64,000 bases of DNA from Cladosporium halotolerans (taxonomy: Eukaryota), in assembly GCF_011745625.1 (NCBI RefSeq), contig NW_027191486.1:124001-188000 (forward strand). The letters run 5' to 3'. Shown here piece after piece: positions 44,908 through 55,679 of the stretch. Under the pieces are notes generated by a model. The model was given only the letters and a program-made list of their open reading frames with translations. It was not told the DNA's origin and made no database searches. Within the stretch, counting starts at the first letter, position 1. The number at the start of each line of letters is the position of its first letter. A program made the position numbers and the translations under genes.

Positions 44908-46173
44908 ATGACACCACGAAAACCATGCGCATCTCAACCCAACATCTGCAAGCCCACACGCTGCCCATCGGCTGCCGTGCGACAGCCCGTACCACGGCGG
45001 GCCACCACTGCCGGCTGGAATGCGCATGGGGGCGCCTTGTGTCACAAACCTAGTCCTCGGCGTACGTGGCGGCATGATCCATCATCAAACTGTCTTAGGC
45101 GACTCAGTCATTTGAGTTCACCATGGCCTTATTCTCAAAAGTTCATATTCTCCCTGATTTGCGCGCTGTTGTTTCTCTGTCAGAGTGTACAGGCGGGCTT
45201 GCATGGATCCAGCATATTCGAGCGTGAACTTGTTTATGATCGACGACCCGTACCAAAGCCCCGGATGGGCATCTATGCACGACAGGATGATTCCACCAGC
45301 TCGTCCACAGCATCGACGGGATCGGGAGACATCCCACCGCCATCCTCTACTTCGTCGGTGTCGGAAACAATAGAGACCGCCACCGCCATATCAACATCAT
45401 TACCACGACCTTTCGACGCCAGCTTATCAGGCAATAATTTCACCGAGCCTTCTTGTCCACAATTCTTTAACGACTTTCTAACAAACACCACCTTTCAAGA
45501 GTGCCTTCCCTTCTCCCTTCTCCTTCAGGTAACTACCCACTCAAGATCCTCTTGCCCAACCCCAACCTCGACCCCACTGACGAAACAACAGACCTCCAAT
45601 TCCTTCTTCACCATAACAAAATCCCCTCTCTCCCTAATCCGCACCCTGGACGCAACCTGCCACGTCCCCTCCTACCCCGCCTGCAGCGCCCTTATGTCAT
45701 CCCTCGCCACCACCCTGGAAGAAACCGCGTGCAAGAACGACCTCTCGCTCGAAAACCCGCTCGCAACGCAAGCCCACGCCGGCCTCCTCGCCTACGACGC
45801 CCTCTACCACGCTGCCTGCCTCACCTCCCCGGACACGGGAAACTACTGCTACGCCGACGCCGTCGCCAACGCCTCCGCGCCGACCTCGTCCTACGTCTAC
45901 TACCTGCCGCTCGGCATGCAGTTGCCAGCCGGCACGCGCCCGGCGTGCACGCGCTGCCTGCAGGATACCATGGCGATCTTCGCCGCGCAGGCTGGCAACA
46001 AGAGTAATCCGCTGCGGGGCGATTACGCGCAGGCGGCGCAGGTCGTGATGCTGGGTTGCGGGCCGGGGTTTGTGGAGGCGGGCGTTGCGGTCAGTGGAGC
46101 GAGTGCTGGAGGGGTCGGGTGGGGGATGGGGATGGTGAGTTTGGTGGCGGTGTTGGTAAGCCTGATTCTCTGA
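44908..46173 (+). CDS. Cys-rich secreted/GPI-like fungal protein of unknown function; probable intron 45529-45591; start uncertain
   Basis: Hydrophobic segment FIFSLICALLFLC, Ser/Thr stretch, LPRPFD..CPQFF..FL....FQECLPFSLLLQ|TSNSFF, C..D...NYCY, YYLPLG..LP....C..C, and a hydrophobic C-terminus after SGAS. Confidence 0.8.
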   Translation: MTPRKPCASQPNICKPTRCPSAAVRQPVPRRATTAGWNAHGGALCHKPSPRRTWRHDPSSNCLRRLSHLSSPWPYSQKFIFSLICALLFLCQSVQAGLHGSSIFERELVYDRRPVPKPRMGIYARQDDSTSSSTASTGSGDIPPPSSTSSVSETIETATAISTSLPRPFDASLSGNNFTEPSCPQFFNDFLTNTTFQECLPFSLLLQVTTHSRSSCPTPTSTPLTKQQTSNSFFTITKSPLSLIRTLDATCHVPSYPACSALMSSLATTLEETACKNDLSLENPLATQAHAGLLAYDALYHAACLTSPDTGNYCYADAVANASAPTSSYVYYLPLGMQLPAGTRPACTRCLQDTMAIFAAQAGNKSNPLRGDYAQAAQVVMLGCGPGFVEAGVAVSGASAGGVGWGMGMVSLVAVLVSLIL

Positions 46174-46790
46174 TGAGGCGAGAGAGGGGCTTCTTGGTCT
46201 ACCGTTTTGGCCTTTTGTCTTTTGGTGAAGCGGGATACTATCCTTCCAGGCAAACGTGGCGAGGAGGAAAGTCAAGTGCTGACTTTCCCGCCCCTGCCCT
46301 TGCCTCACTTTCCTTTTCGAGTCTTCCATGGCTCTGCTTTCCTTTCTCTTCTTGGCTTGCTTTCTGTTAGCGTTTTTTCAGGGCCTTGGACCATGTCTAT
46401 TACACATTCTAATCTCCCGACGCCACTCTATTAATGGCGATCGAATACCTATTACAGTGAAAGATGATACAGGCGCCGGAAAAACAGTCACGGTCTGGTT
46501 TGGTCATCGTTGCTTCAGATCCCCTTCATTTACTTTTTCCGTAGTGAAAATCGTTATATACATCGTTGCAAATCGGACCTTGCTTTTATATCCGTGTATT
46601 CGGGCAGTTCAAAGCTTTGGCCGCTTCGCCCTTGGGCCGTCGTCGCTTTTTCTGGCGCTGTTAGCGTGTACTCTCCTGACGTTCCATTGAGCAAGTGATG
46701 GGTTTGTTGAAGGCCGTCCTCCAAGGCCCTGTCCTCGGAGCTCTTTGCCAGGAGATCCCGAACTAACCAAAACGAAAAGAGCAAGACTCA

Positions 46791-47703
46791 CTACTTGAGA
46801 TACTTCGCCGCGTGCTCGACGTGATCCGCCGCGAATGTCGAGATGAAGAAGTAGCTGTGGTCGTAGCCATCCTGATACCTGACCTTGACACCCTTGCCCG
46901 CCTTCTTCGCCGCCTCCTCCAGGTTCTCCGGCAGCAGCTGGCCCTGCTTGTAGAAGTTGTCGCCCGTGCCCACGTCGATCAGGATGTCGGTGTCGCCGGG
47001 GAACTTGGGCAGCAGCTCCGTCGCGTCGTGCGCGGCCCACTGGTCCTTCTTGTCCTCGCCGAAGTAGCCGCCGAACGCCTTCTGGCCCCACGGGCAGTTG
47101 CTCGGGTTGGAGATGGGCGCGAAGGCCGAGACCGACTTGTACTTGCCGGGGTTCTTGAGGAAGAGCGTCAGCGCGCCGTGGCCGCCCATCGAGTGGCCGG
47201 TGATGGAGACGCGCGAGCCGTCGAGCTCCTTGAAACTGCTGAAGAGCGCGCTGGGCAGCTCGTCGGTGATGTAGCTGTACATCTTGTAGCCCTTGCTGTA
47301 GGGGTCCTTGGTGGCGTCGACGTAGAAGCCCGCGCCGGAGCCGAAGTCGTAGCTCTCGTCTTCGCCCTGGATGTTCAGGCCGCGCGGCGAGGTGTCAGGG
47401 TAGACAACGGCGATGTTGTGCTTTGCGGCGGCGGCTTGGAAGAAGCCTTTCTCGGCGCCGTTGTCGCCAGTGCATGTCAAGCCGGCGAGGTAGAAGAGGA
47501 CGGGTGCTGGTTTGCTGCTGGATGCGGTGCCGGGGAGGAAGAGATTGAGCTTCATCTGAGTTGTGGTGACTTTGGACTGTGGGCTAGGTGTCAGAGAATA
47601 AAGAACTTGGAGAATCCGGTATCATCATGGTATTCACCTGGTGAGCGAGCTTAAGCAGCTTGCCGCCAAAGTTGGCGATGGTAGCCGTTGTTTCGAAAGA
47701 CAT
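46791..47703 (-). CDS. S-formylglutathione hydrolase (esterase D); intron 47577-47637
   Basis: FGGKL.K..H, LAGLTCT, PDTSPRG, DFGSGAGFYVDAT, GHSMGGHGAL, SAFAPI, GYDHSYFFI. Confidence 0.95.
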
Positions 47704-48401
47704 GGCTGTGGGAGTGTTCGGACTGTTAGATCGGAGGAGAAGAGGAAGAAGTATGTGAAGTGTACAGTCGAAAGCAAGAAAGAAAGTCGAGCTCCGAAGA
47801 GTAATCGGCAGTTGGGCTCGCGATTTACTTGCCCTTGTCGCTTGCAGAGCATTGACGTGAGGCGGGGGGCTGTTTGCACCGACGTAACCATGGCGGGGCA
47901 CAGCGAGGCCGGAACTCCCTGCCGCTTTGAGCCATCTCGTCCTTATGACCGAAAACAGCAGCGGAAGTGAAACCGAACATCTATTGATTCGGTCTTTCCT
48001 TACTCATAAGAGGATGTCATTGCAGGCCTCAAGCTTGAGCGCACTTCACGAGATCATGTCAAACGATTGCGGGCACTTGTGTGAGAACGTAGTGCCCGCT
48101 CAACTACGGATCAGGCCGGAGATGAAGATGAAACCTAATGGCAAGTATTGAAAGTCGGAGACCGACACATTAGAAATACTGTGCGGGAAAAACCGATGGT
48201 TTGTTTTCCTTGTTCGTGAATTGATCATGCATATGCTAGTACAGACAGAGGCGCAGTCCTCCTGGCGCGCCAATGCTTAACGCCAAACGCCTCGCTGTCT
48301 TTTTTTTTTGTCGACGGGTCTGATAGGTATTGTGTTGGAAGCGTCCGCAGTGTTGGACGCAAAATGTGGCATCGCGGCTCAAGGCTGATATGTGGAATCG
48401 C

Positions 48402-49110
48402 TTATAGAAGCTCTTCGCAAGTCCAATCCTCGTAGCTAGTCGATTGTGTTAGCACTGCGGCTGAACGGCGTTTACTTGGAGACTTACAAGCCGTCGGGCA
48501 GATAACGCCGCACAACAAGGGGAATCTTTTTCTCCCTCAGCTCCTTGATGGCGATTTGCAGCGGGTCCGTCTCGCCTTCGACGTCCACCAACACAGGCGC
48601 ATTCATACTGTTAGTCATGTTAGCTCCCGCTTTGCGACAATGTACATTTCAACAGCATGATTCCACTAAGAGCCCTTCGAAATTGCCCGCCCGGATAGTT
48701 GTTCTCAGCAATGTCCTGCATACCTGATCTGCAACGCACGAGTGCCCAACACTCTCGCCCTCTCGTATTTCGTCATGTATGGTGTAGTGCTGCGGTTTTC
48801 GTTCGCGATCTTCTTGTCCTTGACACCCCTGACCGTGTTGAGAGATTTGGCCGCCTTTTCTTGCGCAGAAATGTCGCCGCTCGGCACAATGTTGTTCAGC
48901 TCGTCCGGGTCGACGTCTCCGTTCGCCTCGTTGTCACCGCCGGCAGCATCGTAGTCCTGTTCTACAAGGTCGTTCTCGTCGATGAGGTTGTCGTCGTTCT
49001 CCCTGTCCATCGCGTTAGTGACCAGGCGCCTGCGATCGGTTTCGCGACGGTGAGGCGCACTCTCCCATGGCGTAGTCCATAGGCTCATCTTCGCCGCCGT
49101 AGTCAGACAT
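48402..49110 (-). CDS. RPO26: RNA polymerase I/II/III shared subunit RPB6 (RPABC2); introns 49003-49060, 48608-48723, 48436-48487
   Basis: [63 protein letters not shown] after splicing. Confidence 0.96.
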
Positions 49111-49436
49111 GATGGCTAATTTGGTGAAGCGGTAAGTCGCTCAGTTGCTTGACGTCCGTGTAGCACGGAGAGGCGGTATATCAAATGTCCACTGGAGGCT
49201 GGTATAGTGTTTTGTGGAGTTCGCGCATGTGAAAGCCTCTCAAAGCAACATTTCTCGAACGCGCCGGCGCCGACGGGCGAGCAAGCTGCAGTCAACGGAT
49301 CTAGCCGAGCCGATCCCGTCCTAGCGCCACGCTTTCTCCACAACGTCCAAGGGTCTCTCGGTCTCGGCTACAAAAGTTCCATGCTTGGTTTGTGAGATTG
49401 GCATCCGTTCGGTGAAGAACTGCACGTTTCCCTACC

Positions 49437-51158
49437 ATGGCTTCGGCAGCCGCTATGTCGAGGAAACGAGCGGCAGTTGCGGAGGCTGACCTGCTGTCGA
49501 CGAAGAAACAACGCCTTGGAGAAGGTAAGTCTTTTCAAATTCGACTTATCCTCAAGATCGTACTAAAAACTGGAGCAGGAGACGGACCATGGGATAGCAG
49601 ATCGCCGATAAACAACAATGTAGCATCCAGTCTCGCCAGTACATCATCTTCCTCTCAGGAGTCTCCGCCCGCCACTGAGCGCGCTGAGTCGGTCGGCGGC
49701 ACCTCTGTCACATCGGTATCGAGCTCCAAGCGGCCGAAGAATTACCTGTGCAATTACGAAGGGTGCGATAAAGCCTTTGACCGCCCGATTCGTCTGCAGA
49801 TGCATATTAGATCTCATACGAACGAGAGACCTTTCCCCTGCACTGAGGAAGGATGCGATAAGAGCTTTTTGCGAAACGAGCATTTGAAAGCCCACGTCAA
49901 GGCGAAGCACAACGACGAGCGCGGTTTTGTATGCACATACAAAGTCCGCAATGTGGACAACGGTGAAGAGGAGGATTGTGGAAAAGGGTTTCATACTGCG
50001 ACGAGACTGCGGAGGCATATTGCCATGCACGAAGAGAAGGAGCAGACTCGCTGCCAGGAATGTGGGAAGGAGTTTAGGAAGCAAGAAACGCTACAGCGTC
50101 ACATCAAATCGGTCCATCTGAACGAAAAGGCTTACAGATGTACTTTTGTGGAGGAAGGTGCAATGAACGACGACCACCCTGAGGAGTGCGGACAGACATT
50201 CGCCAACCCAAGGCAGCTCAAAGCTCACGAGGCTCGCTGCCATTCTGGAGCGAGATACTTCTGTCAGATCTGCGTCCCTGCTATCGACGAGGATGCAACG
50301 ATGGGTGATGTAGATGAAGAGATGTCATTGCAAAGCCCACAAGTCGGGTTCCCGTCGTACGCGGAGCTTCAAACACATATCAAACTGGTGCACCCTCCAA
50401 CTTGTGAAACATGCGGGAAGGCTTGCGAGTCCAATCGCGCTCTCATGGCACATATGGATATTGAGCACTCTTCTCTGACGGAACGCCAACGATTTGAATG
50501 CACCGAACCCGGTTGCGGGAGGAAGTTTACCAAGGCAGGCAACATGAAGGTTCACATCCAGACGGTGCACGCCAAAACGAAGAAATTCATCTGCGGCGAG
50601 TTTGATCTGAGCAAGAGCAAAAAGGTTGAAGGCTGGACTGGTCAAGGTTGCGGATTCAGTTTTGGAACAAAGGCTAATCTCGAGGAGCACGTGCGTACCC
50701 AACATCTCAATTTACCAGGGACTTCCAGGCCAAACCAGAAGAACAAGTCCGAAAAGCAAAGCCGGGCAGGGGCCAAGAAGGCAAGCGACACCGCAGCCTC
50801 CATGCTCACCGGGTTTGGATACGAGGCAGATCGTCCAATTGCCTGTCTTGAACCAACCTGCCCTCAGAGATTCATGCGAAATGGAGACCTGGAGACCCAC
50901 ATGGACATGGTTCATGAATGGAATATCGACAACATCGAGCAGGCTTTGAGAGAAAGAGAAGACAAATTCTGGATTGGTGGGGAGGAACAGATCGAGGATC
51001 TTGAGCGTCGCTTGGTCGAAGAAATGCAAATCGAGAACCAAGCCCATCATGAAGACCAAATGATGCCTGTTTCGGGAAATGGCTTAAGTGCGTTCTTGCA
51101 GCCTCAAGTTATGGAGACCGATGGCGATGCAATCGACCCGGCACTGTCTGGCATGTGA
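49437..51158 (+). CDS. PZF1: Multi-C2H2 zinc-finger protein, transcription factor IIIA; probable intron 49525-49578
   Basis: About 9-10 C2H2 fingers starting RPK.YLC.YEGCDKAF.RP..L..H.RSHTNERPF.C...CDKSF.R..HL..H, and divergent position next to RPB6. Confidence 0.85.
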   Translation: MASAAAMSRKRAAVAEADLLSTKKQRLGEGKSFQIRLILKIVLKTGAGDGPWDSRSPINNNVASSLASTSSSSQESPPATERAESVGGTSVTSVSSSKRPKNYLCNYEGCDKAFDRPIRLQMHIRSHTNERPFPCTEEGCDKSFLRNEHLKAHVKAKHNDERGFVCTYKVRNVDNGEEEDCGKGFHTATRLRRHIAMHEEKEQTRCQECGKEFRKQETLQRHIKSVHLNEKAYRCTFVEEGAMNDDHPEECGQTFANPRQLKAHEARCHSGARYFCQICVPAIDEDATMGDVDEEMSLQSPQVGFPSYAELQTHIKLVHPPTCETCGKACESNRALMAHMDIEHSSLTERQRFECTEPGCGRKFTKAGNMKVHIQTVHAKTKKFICGEFDLSKSKKVEGWTGQGCGFSFGTKANLEEHVRTQHLNLPGTSRPNQKNKSEKQSRAGAKKASDTAASMLTGFGYEADRPIACLEPTCPQRFMRNGDLETHMDMVHEWNIDNIEQALREREDKFWIGGEEQIEDLERRLVEEMQIENQAHHEDQMMPVSGNGLSAFLQPQVMETDGDAIDPALSGM

Positions 51159-51818
51159 GGACCTTAGCAGGGAGTCAAGTCGTTCGCGCGTAGATACCCT
51201 TTGAGCGTTGATTAATACTACAATGTCGCTTTTCCATGTTTGTGAAATTTTGTGTGAGTGTCATGCAAAAGAATATGCTTCCAACCGAGAGTGTTGCACG
51301 GTCAACGGGAAATGATGCTCGATGCACAGTCGCACATTATGTAGCCGATTACATGCATCGTGTGCTATCTTTACCACGTGCATATGCGAAGCGCCGATTG
51401 ATGTGAATGGGTCGGGTCCCACTTGTTGCAGGGACCACTGACGATGCGGGGGTTTCGCTTTCTCGAAGTTTTGCGTGGGCTGGCACGAGACACCTTGCTT
51501 GCACACACTCTTCCTCAATTTGGCCTGACAAACACGACTACACGCATCACGAGTCTCCTTTGCAAGCGAACATTCACGTCTGGGGTCTCTGCGAGTAAAC
51601 TTAGGCCCTCCATTTTACCGTACGACTTGAGCGGCGCATTGACTCACCGCTCAGCGGGCCCTCTCGACTTCACTACTTCGAATATTTGGAAAGAGCAGGA
51701 GGCCATGTCTCAGTAAAATGCCTTAGAAGAGGCGCTGTAAAAAAGTCACGATGTCGTAACATTGGAAGATCACACAAGGAACACACACGAATACCAAGAA
51801 CAATACACCCGCACAAAC

Positions 51819-54800
51819 ATGGACACCCAGGTCGAGAATGCGATCGACATCGCGTTCAACCCGGCCACGGACAACAACCTCAAGGCTCAGGCCTACAACT
51901 TTATCGATCAGCTGCGCCAGGATCCGAATGGCTGGCAAGTCTGCCTTACGCTCTTCGTGCGCCCCACAGCTCCTTCAGAAGTTGTCCGGGTAGTCTCGCT
52001 GGAGATCTTGAACAATGCGGTGCAGACACAGCAGCTGGATCAGCAAAGTCAAGTGTACATCCGCGATAGCCTGATGGGTTATGTCCGCCAGCGCTACGCC
52101 ACTGGCTCGCAAGAGGTGGACAGCGCCAGCATCCAGAACAAACTCACTCAGACTTTCACCTACCTCTTCACCTACTTGTACCCTTCAGAATGGACGAGCT
52201 TCTTCGACGACTTCAGAACACTCGCAGGCGAGGGCTCGAACATCGGCACCGCCAACCCGCCTGCCACGATCCTCTACCTTCGTATTGTCGGTAGCGTTCA
52301 CGACGAGATTGCCGACCAGCTCATTCCACGCACGCCCGAGGAGCAAAAGCGCAGCACTGAGCTGAAGGACCTTGTGCGCGCAAGAGATGTCAACAAGATT
52401 GCAGCTACATGGCAGGAAATTTTGTCCAGATGGCAGGAAATCGACCTTGGTATTGTGGAGGCTTGCCTTAGGACCGTCGCGAAGTGGGTTAGCTGGATCG
52501 ACATCTGGTTGGTGATTAACCAGGGTATTCAAACCGCTCTTCTGCAACTAGCAGGCCAGCAGGGTAGCCATGGTGCCGACAGTAAAGAGGCCAGGGCGAG
52601 AGATGCGGCGATTGACACTTTCACGGAGACAGTTGGCAAGAAGATGGGTGCGGGAGACAAGATCGAGCTCATCCGATACCTGAACTTGGGCACGATTGTC
52701 GAACAGCTGATCGCAAGTCCGGCGCTGTCAGAACTTCGCACGACACCCAACTACGACACCGATCTTGCCGAGACTGTCGCAAAGCTCGTCAACAACGTCA
52801 TGTTTGACATTGTGAAGGTTCTAGACACCGACTCTGTCGACGCAGAAACTCGCTCGAAAGCGGACGTTGAAGTACAAAACTTCATGCCGTGCCTGCTTCG
52901 CTTCTTCTCCGACGAATACGACGAGATTTGCTCGGCGGTCATCCCTTCTCTCACAGATCTACTCACAATGTTTAGAAAATTCGTCAAATCAAAAGGTGGG
53001 CTTCCCAGCCACTACAGCGCCATGCTCCCGGCAATCCTTGAACCTATCATTTCGAAGATGAAGTACGATGAGACTGCATCGTGGGGCGAAGAAGACGAGG
53101 CGACCGATGAGGCAGAGTTTCAAGAGCTGAGGAAGCGTCTGCACGTACTTCAGCAGACCGTCGCTGCCGTTGACGAAACTCTGGTCATCGAAATGCTCAG
53201 CAAGGTCATTGGCGAGACTCTCAGCCGCGTGGAAACTGCCGACAAGCCAAACTGGCGAGACCTCGACCTTGCGCTGCATGAGATGTTCCTCTTTGGTGAA
53301 TTGACCGTCAAGAACGGTGGCCTCTACGCCAAGAGCGTGCCTTCATCTGTGGCTTCGCAAAGACTGGTCGAGATGATGGACAAGATGGTCAACTCTGGAC
53401 TTGCGTCATACCCCCATCCGGCGATCCAACTTCAGTACATGGAGACCTGCGTTCGCTACGTTCAGTACTTTGAGCAGAACCCTGGTCTGATCCACAAAGT
53501 GCTTGAGAGCTTTGTCTCGTTCGTCCACAGCGACCATGTGAAGGTCCGGTTACGCTCTTGGTACCTCTTCCAGCGTTTCGTTCGTCATCTGCGAAACCAA
53601 CTGGGAGACGTCGCACAGACCATTATCCAGGCTATCGGCGACTTGCTCAAGATCAAGGCCGAGCTACCTGTTGATCGGGACGAAGAGGATATGTCTAGCG
53701 ATGAGAACGACCAATCTCCAGATACCATTTTCTCAAGCCAACTATACCTGTTTGAAGCTGTCGGCTGCGCTGCTTCTGCTCACGCCGTTCCCGCGGAGAC
53801 CAAGGTACAAGTCGCGAGCTATGTCGTCAACCCCCTAGTGGCCGACTTGAGCAACAGCGTCGTTGCTGCAAAGAACGGCGACGAGCGTGCAGCACTGCAA
53901 GTGCACCACATCATCATGGCTTTCGGAACTCTCGCCAGTGGCTTCTCGGACTGGACACCGGGTCAGAAATCTGGCGGGCCTCCGGACAGCGCAGTTTCGG
54001 ATGTGTTCGGGCAGGCAAGCGAGGGCGTGCTCGCCGCGGTTGGAGAGCTGAAGGACTCCCTGGACATTCGCACAGCAGCAAGGCACTCCTTCTCGCGCTT
54101 CATGGGTGTCCTCGGATCTCGTATTCTCCCTCAATTGCCTCGCTGGATTGAAGGTCTACTTTCATCTGCATCTTCCAACGACGAGATGGCCATGTTCCTG
54201 AGGTTGCTCGTGCAGGTAGTGTATGGCTTCAAGGCTGAGATCTTCGACATCCTTGACCAGCTCCTCTCTCCGCTCTTGCAGAAAGTTTTCGCTGGTATGT
54301 CTGCGCCTGTCTCAGGAACAGACGACAACATTCAGCTCAAGGAGTTGAAGCTACAATACCTGAACTTCATCCTCGTCATCCTCAGCCACGAGCTGGGTTC
54401 TGTCCTCGTCAGCCCGACCAATCAGGGCTCTTTCAACGATTTCTTGAGCACAATCACACACTTTTCTTGCGATCCTACAGATCCGCCCACTGCCCGCCTC
54501 GCCCTTGCAGTCCTCACGCGCATGACCACCATCTGGGGAGGCCCCGACGTGGCACCGGCATCCACCGAGCCTCCCAATCCAGCACTTCCCGGCTTCGATA
54601 CCTTCGCTCTTTCGACCTTTGCGCCCTTGCCGTGGGCTCTCATTTCGGCTTCTGGCTTCAGTGCGCGTGACGCGCAGATGAGGAGTGTGCTGCAGGAAGC
54701 TGCAGCTCTGCAGTGGACCATCCTCCGTAAGACCGGCAACGTCTACCGCGAGCAGCTGCAAACAGAGTTGCGAAACCTCGGCGCCGCTGAGCCCGGCGTG

Positions 54801-54887
54801 CTCGAGTTCGTCAAGCACGCGGAGAGTGACGACCTCCTGGCGTTCAAAAAGTTCTTCGCGGGATTCGTGCAAGGCGCTAAGGGTTAA
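51819..54887 (+). CDS. LOS1: Exportin-T (tRNA exportin)
   Basis: MD.QVENAI.IA.NP, LK.QA..FI.QLR, IQNKL.Q, LKDLVR.RD, WVSWIDI, EAEFQELRKRL, R.RSWYLF.RFV, SQLYLFEA; about 1020-aa HEAT-like protein. Confidence 0.9.
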   Translation: MDTQVENAIDIAFNPATDNNLKAQAYNFIDQLRQDPNGWQVCLTLFVRPTAPSEVVRVVSLEILNNAVQTQQLDQQSQVYIRDSLMGYVRQRYATGSQEVDSASIQNKLTQTFTYLFTYLYPSEWTSFFDDFRTLAGEGSNIGTANPPATILYLRIVGSVHDEIADQLIPRTPEEQKRSTELKDLVRARDVNKIAATWQEILSRWQEIDLGIVEACLRTVAKWVSWIDIWLVINQGIQTALLQLAGQQGSHGADSKEARARDAAIDTFTETVGKKMGAGDKIELIRYLNLGTIVEQLIASPALSELRTTPNYDTDLAETVAKLVNNVMFDIVKVLDTDSVDAETRSKADVEVQNFMPCLLRFFSDEYDEICSAVIPSLTDLLTMFRKFVKSKGGLPSHYSAMLPAILEPIISKMKYDETASWGEEDEATDEAEFQELRKRLHVLQQTVAAVDETLVIEMLSKVIGETLSRVETADKPNWRDLDLALHEMFLFGELTVKNGGLYAKSVPSSVASQRLVEMMDKMVNSGLASYPHPAIQLQYMETCVRYVQYFEQNPGLIHKVLESFVSFVHSDHVKVRLRSWYLFQRFVRHLRNQLGDVAQTIIQAIGDLLKIKAELPVDRDEEDMSSDENDQSPDTIFSSQLYLFEAVGCAASAHAVPAETKVQVASYVVNPLVADLSNSVVAAKNGDERAALQVHHIIMAFGTLASGFSDWTPGQKSGGPPDSAVSDVFGQASEGVLAAVGELKDSLDIRTAARHSFSRFMGVLGSRILPQLPRWIEGLLSSASSNDEMAMFLRLLVQVVYGFKAEIFDILDQLLSPLLQKVFAGMSAPVSGTDDNIQLKELKLQYLNFILVILSHELGSVLVSPTNQGSFNDFLSTITHFSCDPTDPPTARLALAVLTRMTTIWGGPDVAPASTEPPNPALPGFDTFALSTFAPLPWALISASGFSARDAQMRSVLQEAAALQWTILRKTGNVYREQLQTELRNLGAAEPGVLEFVKHAESDDLLAFKKFFAGFVQGAKG

Positions 54888-55679
54888 GAAATCACATCGG
54901 GCGTGGTTTGTAAGCATAAGTCGCGGCGGATTCTGGCAAGAAACGTTTTATCGTGAAGCGGGTTGGCTTGATGTGCTTTGCTTTTGCTTGCATTTGGCGT
55001 ATATAGACGCGGAGGAAAGAGAGTAGGTAGGTGCCGATACCCCCAGTACGAAAAAAGTTATCAATAATGAATTTGATGTCTCCGGTGGGAAGTTTGAAGC
55101 CACCAAAAGCAAGGCCTGTCGCTATGCAATTCCAGGTACGTTTATCCATAGATGTGTCCGAGACGTGTGAATTACTGCAAAGGCAGGCATTCTCTCGCTT
55201 GCTTGCGCCACGCGGCGTCTCCATGCAGGATGCAGCGGTCATGTACAGCACTTCCCTCGTTCCATTCGTTCGCTTAGAGCCAGCGCCTTTAGCCATTGTA
55301 TTCAATATTCACTGACCTTGCTCGAGCAGGAGGAAAGCATTCACATCCGTCGACGCTCAGCCCTCTGTTGATCCAGCTGTCATGTTTTCCCTCGTTGGCC
55401 GGGTGCCTGGTTCCCTAGAGTGCGACCTACGGGTCGTTACAGCGGTCCGCGTTTGTCGTTTCTTTCGTGCATCGCCGCCTGATTCATGCTGCTGCGCCTC
55501 GCGTGCGTCTTGCGCATCCAGCTGTGACGTTCCCGCCTATTCACTTGCCGCTGTCGCTGTCTCGGGACTCTGAACACGTGAATTCGACTGTCGTTGTATA
55601 ACGCTGACAGTGAGTAGCTAAGAATTCCTTGACAACAACCGCCGCGATTTCGAACATCTCACAGGACCTGTCGACAACC

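Noticed and set aside
46812..47654. Long antisense ORFs (e.g. 46812-47654, 41287-42162, 58018-59130, 62746-63723, 31721-32473)
   Set aside because: They mirror strongly codon-biased, GC-rich genes on the opposite strand and show no independent protein motifs.
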